This document shows positions 59,567-64,000 of a stretch of DNA of 64,000 nt, one piece after another. Position 1 is the first letter of the stretch, and the number at the start of each line of letters is the position of its first letter. Where the stretch lies: NCBI GenBank assembly GCA_965222615.1, contig CBDCUI010000009.1, positions 64,001 through 128,000 on the forward strand, given 5' to 3'. The notes beneath the pieces are model-generated. The model ran no database searches. It was not told the DNA's origin and saw only the letters and a list, made by a program, of their open reading frames with translations. Made by a program: the position numbers and the translations under genes. Source of the stretch: Gammaproteobacteria bacterium. Its GTDB lineage: Bacteria; Pseudomonadota; Gammaproteobacteria; UBA4575.

Positions 59567-61075
59567 TCATTCTTGGGTTTTGATGTTAGAGCGCTCATAT
59601 TCTTTAAAAGAACCTTCCACTTCACGACCAATTCTTTTCAAAGCATCGCCAGTATCTACTAGAGTTCTTGGTGTAATGAAGACAAATACTTCATTAGTAT
59701 CAATATCAAACACGTTGGGCTTATGCCGAGGTTGTGAGTTCGCTAAACGTTGTCCCAGATAAGGTCCTCCAGGTTGTTGATTTTTAACTTTTCTTTGTTG
59801 AGGTGTTCTTCTTGCAGTACCTTCAAATGATCGCACTTCACGTTGTCCTATTAAACCACCTAAAGCAAGACTTTCTTCTGAATCAACGTAAGCTGCAGTA
59901 TTTAATCTTGTTGTACTCAGTTGTGGTGCTCCACCAATACTTTCTCCAACAATAAAAGAAGACTCAACTCCAATAGACATATCAATTAATTCTTGAGGTG
60001 TAATCGTTGGCACGACTTCCAGTGTGAGTCCAACATCACGGTATTCAATTGAAACTGCTCCAGTGCCTTGAGCTACTGGTATCGGTATTTCATCTCCAAC
60101 AAAAAAAGTGGCAAGTTGTCCATTTTTAGTAATAATAGATTGTTGATACAAGGTTCGAGCTTTACCGTTTTGTTCAAGTTTGCGCAATTGAGGGAAGAGT
60201 GCATTGATAGTACCGGTTGTAAGATCACTACCATCACTCGATGCCGTTGCGTTGATATTCGCCTCTATTTCTAAATCCAATGAAAGATCTTTGAATGCAT
60301 CCCGCTCTATCTCCATAATACTAAGATCAACCTGAATCAATGGTTCAGCAAGTGGTGCACGAGGGGGGCGTTTTTTTGGTTTAGCAACGGCACGCTGAAC
60401 TTTTAATACATTAATAATTTCATCTGAATAGGCTCTGGCAATTTGTTCCGCGCGATTACGTGCATCCTCAGATCGTACCGTGCCTTCAAGGATATAATTA
60501 TTTCGTGTAGGTTTTACTTTTACAGTAGATATGCCAATGGTATTTCTTATTTCTTCTGCAATGATGTTTTTTAGAGTAGGGCTGGTTCTTACTAAATTAA
60601 CAACATTTGGCATTTCAGAAACCACATCTTCGACACGATTTAAATCTTCCTCAGAATAGACTTCACCTTCAACTACAACGCGATCACCAGCAATTCTAAC
60701 GCTGACTCCTTCAATGTCTTGCAATAGTCGTTGCACGTCTTCAGATAGAGACTGGGAATCTTTTACACGTCCTACTGTAACAACTAATTCTTGACGAAGG
60801 TTTTGTTTGTCCCAAAGTAGAATGTTTGTACTACCAACTTGTTTTGCATTTAACAATATTTCTTGTGGACCAACTCGTGTTGTTTCGCATACTTCTGGAT
60901 CTCCGGTGCCTATTTTTGCAACTTCAAAGTCAGTTTCAATTACTTGGCTTTGACCTGGCTGCATTTGTATTTTAATTTTTTCAGCAGTAAATGCAGTTTG
61001 ATAGCATAAGGATAATAGAAATATAAAGATTATTAATTTGAATACGCTGTTGCTTAATCTATAAAACACACGCAT
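59567..61075 (-). CDS. Tad secretin (RcpA/CpaC-like) with BON domain
   Basis: Signal peptide; GDPEV..LNAKQVGSTN; F.VG.EIP..IEYRDVGLTLEVVP. Confidence 0.85.
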   Translation of the reverse strand: MRVFYRLSNSVFKLIIFIFLLSLCYQTAFTAEKIKIQMQPGQSQVIETDFEVAKIGTGDPEVCETTRVGPQEILLNAKQVGSTNILLWDKQNLRQELVVTVGRVKDSQSLSEDVQRLLQDIEGVSVRIAGDRVVVEGEVYSEEDLNRVEDVVSEMPNVVNLVRTSPTLKNIIAEEIRNTIGISTVKVKPTRNNYILEGTVRSEDARNRAEQIARAYSDEIINVLKVQRAVAKPKKRPPRAPLAEPLIQVDLSIMEIERDAFKDLSLDLEIEANINATASSDGSDLTTGTINALFPQLRKLEQNGKARTLYQQSIITKNGQLATFFVGDEIPIPVAQGTGAVSIEYRDVGLTLEVVPTITPQELIDMSIGVESSFIVGESIGGAPQLSTTRLNTAAYVDSEESLALGGLIGQREVRSFEGTARRTPQQRKVKNQQPGGPYLGQRLANSQPRHKPNVFDIDTNEVFVFITPRTLVDTGDALKRIGREVEGSFKEYERSNIKTQE

Positions 61076-61076
61076 G

Positions 61077-61955
61077 TTAATATCTTCCTATTTGTTGAGT
61101 TCCCCTAATCTCGACCCATGCAGGAGATCGTGGCACTACCGTTTTTTGTACACCTAAAAGTTCTTTGGCACCAAGTTTGTTTTCGTCATATTGCTGTTCC
61201 TGTTCAGAAGGCCATGCTGAACGCAGAGTAAGTGATATGGATCCAATTTCTTGTGCTAGGTTTAGTGGCAAGATTTGGTCATTACTCACGGCTAAGGTAG
61301 CGGTAGTAATTGCTTCAGAATCGAGACCAGGATTTTCCGGTAATGTGCTAAATACATTTCCTGGGCCACCAGAAGAAACTGGTTGAATTGAAGCAGCACG
61401 GCTTCGATGTGAACGTTGGTCAACAGCGAGTACCAATACGTTTTCCAGCACCACTTTTGTCATAACTTCAGTATCAATACTGGACTGACCGCTGGTGTTT
61501 ACGCCAACATCTCCTACTTCAACGGTGACCAACACATCCACAAAATCACCAGGCTGTACCAGTCCTGCAATGCCTGTTACGTTATTTACTGCAATACTGA
61601 ACGCTAATTTATCTTTGGGAATTTTGCGTGCCAAACTTGAAGTATCCGATGCGCCTAACATTGAACCTAATAACTGCGTTCCACGTAATACCGGAACCGA
61701 GACAACATGGTTAACTGCATATTTCACATCGGTCAGTGCTTCAGGTTGCACGAACTTTTTTGGAATTTCGATGATTTCTACTAGGCTTTCGTCGAGGCGA
61801 GTTCCCTCAGGGATATCACGTGCAGCGACAACAATTTCTACTGGAGAACTGATATCTAACAATTCGCGCTCACGCTTTTGCACGTGAGAGTAAACTAGAA
61901 ACACAGCGACAATACCTAAAAGTATAGATAGGAGTAATACGCGGGTATTTTGCAT
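61077..61955 (-). CDS. cpaB: Flp pilus assembly protein CpaB/RcpC
   Basis: VVAARDIPEG SAF domain, GLVQPGDFVDV and LENVLVLAVD. Confidence 0.92.
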   Translation of the reverse strand: MQNTRVLLLSILLGIVAVFLVYSHVQKRERELLDISSPVEIVVAARDIPEGTRLDESLVEIIEIPKKFVQPEALTDVKYAVNHVVSVPVLRGTQLLGSMLGASDTSSLARKIPKDKLAFSIAVNNVTGIAGLVQPGDFVDVLVTVEVGDVGVNTSGQSSIDTEVMTKVVLENVLVLAVDQRSHRSRAASIQPVSSGGPGNVFSTLPENPGLDSEAITTATLAVSNDQILPLNLAQEIGSISLTLRSAWPSEQEQQYDENKLGAKELLGVQKTVVPRSPAWVEIRGTQQIGRY

Positions 61956-62398
61956 TGAAAGAATCCCCTAACTCTTGTTTTTATAGCCCCAAAATAATAA
62001 GCCCAAGTTCATTAGTGTTTTTATGTTGGACTTGTTAATAACTTACATTACATTATTTGCGTAGTTAGTTCCATGTAAGCCGTGATAAGTTTATTTAAGA
62101 TTGATTATTAATCAAAACAGCGATGTATTGTTGGTGTAAAACTGAATTTTGGAAAAATGCTCGTGAAATAAGTTAATTAATTCTTTTTTATGGTTGATTG
62201 CTGGCTATTTTTCGTTAGTTCGGAATCAACTTTAAGTTATCTATCTATAATGTACTCAATAACTATATGGTTTTTAAACCTAATTTGTCTGCAGAATATA
62301 CTAACGAAAATACAACAACTTTATTTATAATCGTATACATATAAAATTTTAATATTAAACTGATAGGTATAATCAGTTCAGGAAGGGGACATTCGTTA

Positions 62399-63322
62399 AT
62401 GAGCAAAGCAAAAACAAGGTTCAATCGCAAACAAACAAATAACAACTCGCGCTATCAACGTGGCTCCTCTACTGTGTTTTTTGGGTTTTTTATGCCAGTT
62501 ATGTTGATGATGATTGTGTTGGTGGCCGATATTGGTCAACTTATCTTTGAGAGGATTCGCCTGCAAGAGGTAGTGGATGCCAGCACATTAGCAGCTGCAA
62601 ATATTCAATCTATTGGCATGAATGAAATCGCAGATTTGAATCGTGATGCTTTATTGGAGTACAACAAATTTGTAAGAATCATGGGCGGTATTATCTGGAA
62701 TGATTCAGGCCAGGCTAATCGAGCCGCACGCTATTATGGACGTGTATTTAACAGCATCCATGGTTATCAAGAAGAGGCAAATAAGTACTTTGCACGTCTT
62801 GCTCAACGCTATGCACAAAACTATGTGCAAAGAAATTTACCAGGTGCAGAATTAACTCCAGTTCAGGGTTCAAGTTTGAATGCACTAGTTAGCTATCAAA
62901 AAGAGCGTCTACCTGTAAATTGGTTGTATTACACGGCTGGTTGTAAGTATTGCTATAATGTTACAAAGATTTGGACCTATCCGGATAGCCCAAGGTTTAT
63001 CGGCCATCATGATGGTCGAAAGTACATTGTCAATGATCGTACTCTTCCCGTACCGGGATTTAAATTGCAGGAAGTCCGCTGGATTAAAGATACTCCACCT
63101 GTAACCTATGCAGCTTATAGCTTGAAACAGCGCCCCAAAGGTTTTCTACTGGGCCGGCGTATTTTTGATGCAATCATACCGGAAATGGTGGCGTATTCTT
63201 CGGCTAAACCTACACGAGGGCATATATTTAATATGGATGCAAGATATCGCCCAATTTTGAAACACCTTCAACGTCATTCGCCAAACCCTGCTGTTCCATC
63301 ACTTAGAAATATGGAGCACTAA
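62399..63322 (+). CDS. TadG-like pilus protein
   Basis: QRG cleavage site, TM segment and DIG...RLQEVVDASTLAAA. Confidence 0.75.
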   Translation: MSKAKTRFNRKQTNNNSRYQRGSSTVFFGFFMPVMLMMIVLVADIGQLIFERIRLQEVVDASTLAAANIQSIGMNEIADLNRDALLEYNKFVRIMGGIIWNDSGQANRAARYYGRVFNSIHGYQEEANKYFARLAQRYAQNYVQRNLPGAELTPVQGSSLNALVSYQKERLPVNWLYYTAGCKYCYNVTKIWTYPDSPRFIGHHDGRKYIVNDRTLPVPGFKLQEVRWIKDTPPVTYAAYSLKQRPKGFLLGRRIFDAIIPEMVAYSSAKPTRGHIFNMDARYRPILKHLQRHSPNPAVPSLRNMEH

Positions 63323-63324
63323 AC

Positions 63325-63678
63325 ATGTATAAGATTTCACAGCGTGGTTCTACCTTTGTCGAAATGATGCTCATTCTTCCATTATTTGTAATGGTTTTAT
63401 TGTTTTTTATTTTCAGTTATGACTTAGTCAATGAACAGCTCGAAAAACAAGTAGAAGTTTCTGCTAATTTAAGAGAAGGCCTATGGAACAATGAACCAGG
63501 TTGTTATGCCCAAGTTAAAGCAACTGCAACGGGCGGCAGTGTAATGCCTGATGTAGTCTGGCGGTTTTTCAATCTCAAGCGCTATTATCGAGTGGAGGCT
63601 GAACTACAGTCCCATGGTGGACCCTGTCAGGGCCTGGGGAGAAATAAATACCGCATGTCACACTATCGTCGTTATTGA
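63325..63678 (+). CDS. TadE-like minor pseudopilin
   Basis: QRGSTFVEMMLILP. Confidence 0.75.
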   Translation: MYKISQRGSTFVEMMLILPLFVMVLLFFIFSYDLVNEQLEKQVEVSANLREGLWNNEPGCYAQVKATATGGSVMPDVVWRFFNLKRYYRVEAELQSHGGPCQGLGRNKYRMSHYRRY

Positions 63679-63713
63679 ATAGCTTATTAAACATTACTGA
63701 AAAATTATGACAT

Positions 63714-63748
63714 AAAAAAACATGCCTTACTTTTGGTCGTAAGGCATG
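63714..63748 (-). terminator. Intrinsic terminator of flp
   Basis: CATGCCTTAC-N8-GTAAGGCATG with an A7 run on the + strand. Confidence 0.8.
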
Positions 63749-63790
63749 GTTAGTAATGGATGGAAATATTAATTATAGTTTACTTTTAGC

Positions 63791-64000
63791 TTAGCCCATC
63801 CAATCCGTGATTTTCTGAGCGGCTGCTTCGAAGAAAGCTTCTAATTCATCGCTCATTGCATTTGCTGCAACAATCACAATCGTAACAACAATTGCAAGAA
63901 TTAAGCCGTATTCCACAGCCAAGGCACCCCGTTGACGCTTGCATTGTGCAAACGTTTCTTTTGCTTCAGCAGCTGCAATATTTGATTTTGCATATGACAA
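63791..64000 (-). CDS. flp: Flp type IVb pilin (start at window edge uncertain)
   Basis: QRG|ALAVEYGLI followed by a hydrophobic helix. Confidence 0.85.
   Translation of the reverse strand: MSYAKSNIAAAEAKETFAQCKRQRGALAVEYGLILAIVVTIVIVAANAMSDELEAFFEAAAQKITDWMG

Noticed and set aside
200-62445. Numerous 60-160 aa antisense or nested ORFs in the track
   Set aside because: Shadow ORFs of well-supported genes with no recognisable motifs

Overview
Gammaproteobacterial-type chromosomal window in five blocks. (1) 1-7.4 kb: core genes sppA, maf, yceD, rpmF, plsX, fabH, a family-5 UDG, uvrC and pgsA. (2) 7.43-23.1 kb: a ~15.7-kb integrative element inserted in tRNA-Gly(GCC). It duplicates the 5' half of the tRNA and has no capsid, tail or RNA-polymerase genes. 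It encodes a tyrosine integrase, an Xis-like HTH that apparently starts at ATT, an SF2 helicase/HTH replication protein and an autographivirus-like small terminase. It also carries a T7-terminal-repeat-like site, four tandem phage-promoter-like repeats, an HTH-nuclease-STAND NTPase candidate defence protein and small cargo genes bracketed by 28-30 bp hairpin repeats. My best reading is a satellite of T7-like phages. (3) 23.4-30.5 kb: an AmiC/AmiR(ANTAR)-linked urease-like operon whose substrate-pocket loops deviate from canonical urease. (4) 30.9-36.3 kb: a split and re-fused glutamate-synthase-like (Glx/Mgs plus GltD) operon. 36.4-56.1 kb: a group 2a [NiFe]-hydrogenase locus with hyp genes, a pseudo-receiver sigma-54 activator, two HiPIP-like paralogues and an OmpW-family porin. 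(5) 56.1-64 kb: a Tad pilus locus with CpaE-CpaF and TadB-TPR fusions. All calls come from reading motifs by eye; no database searches were run.
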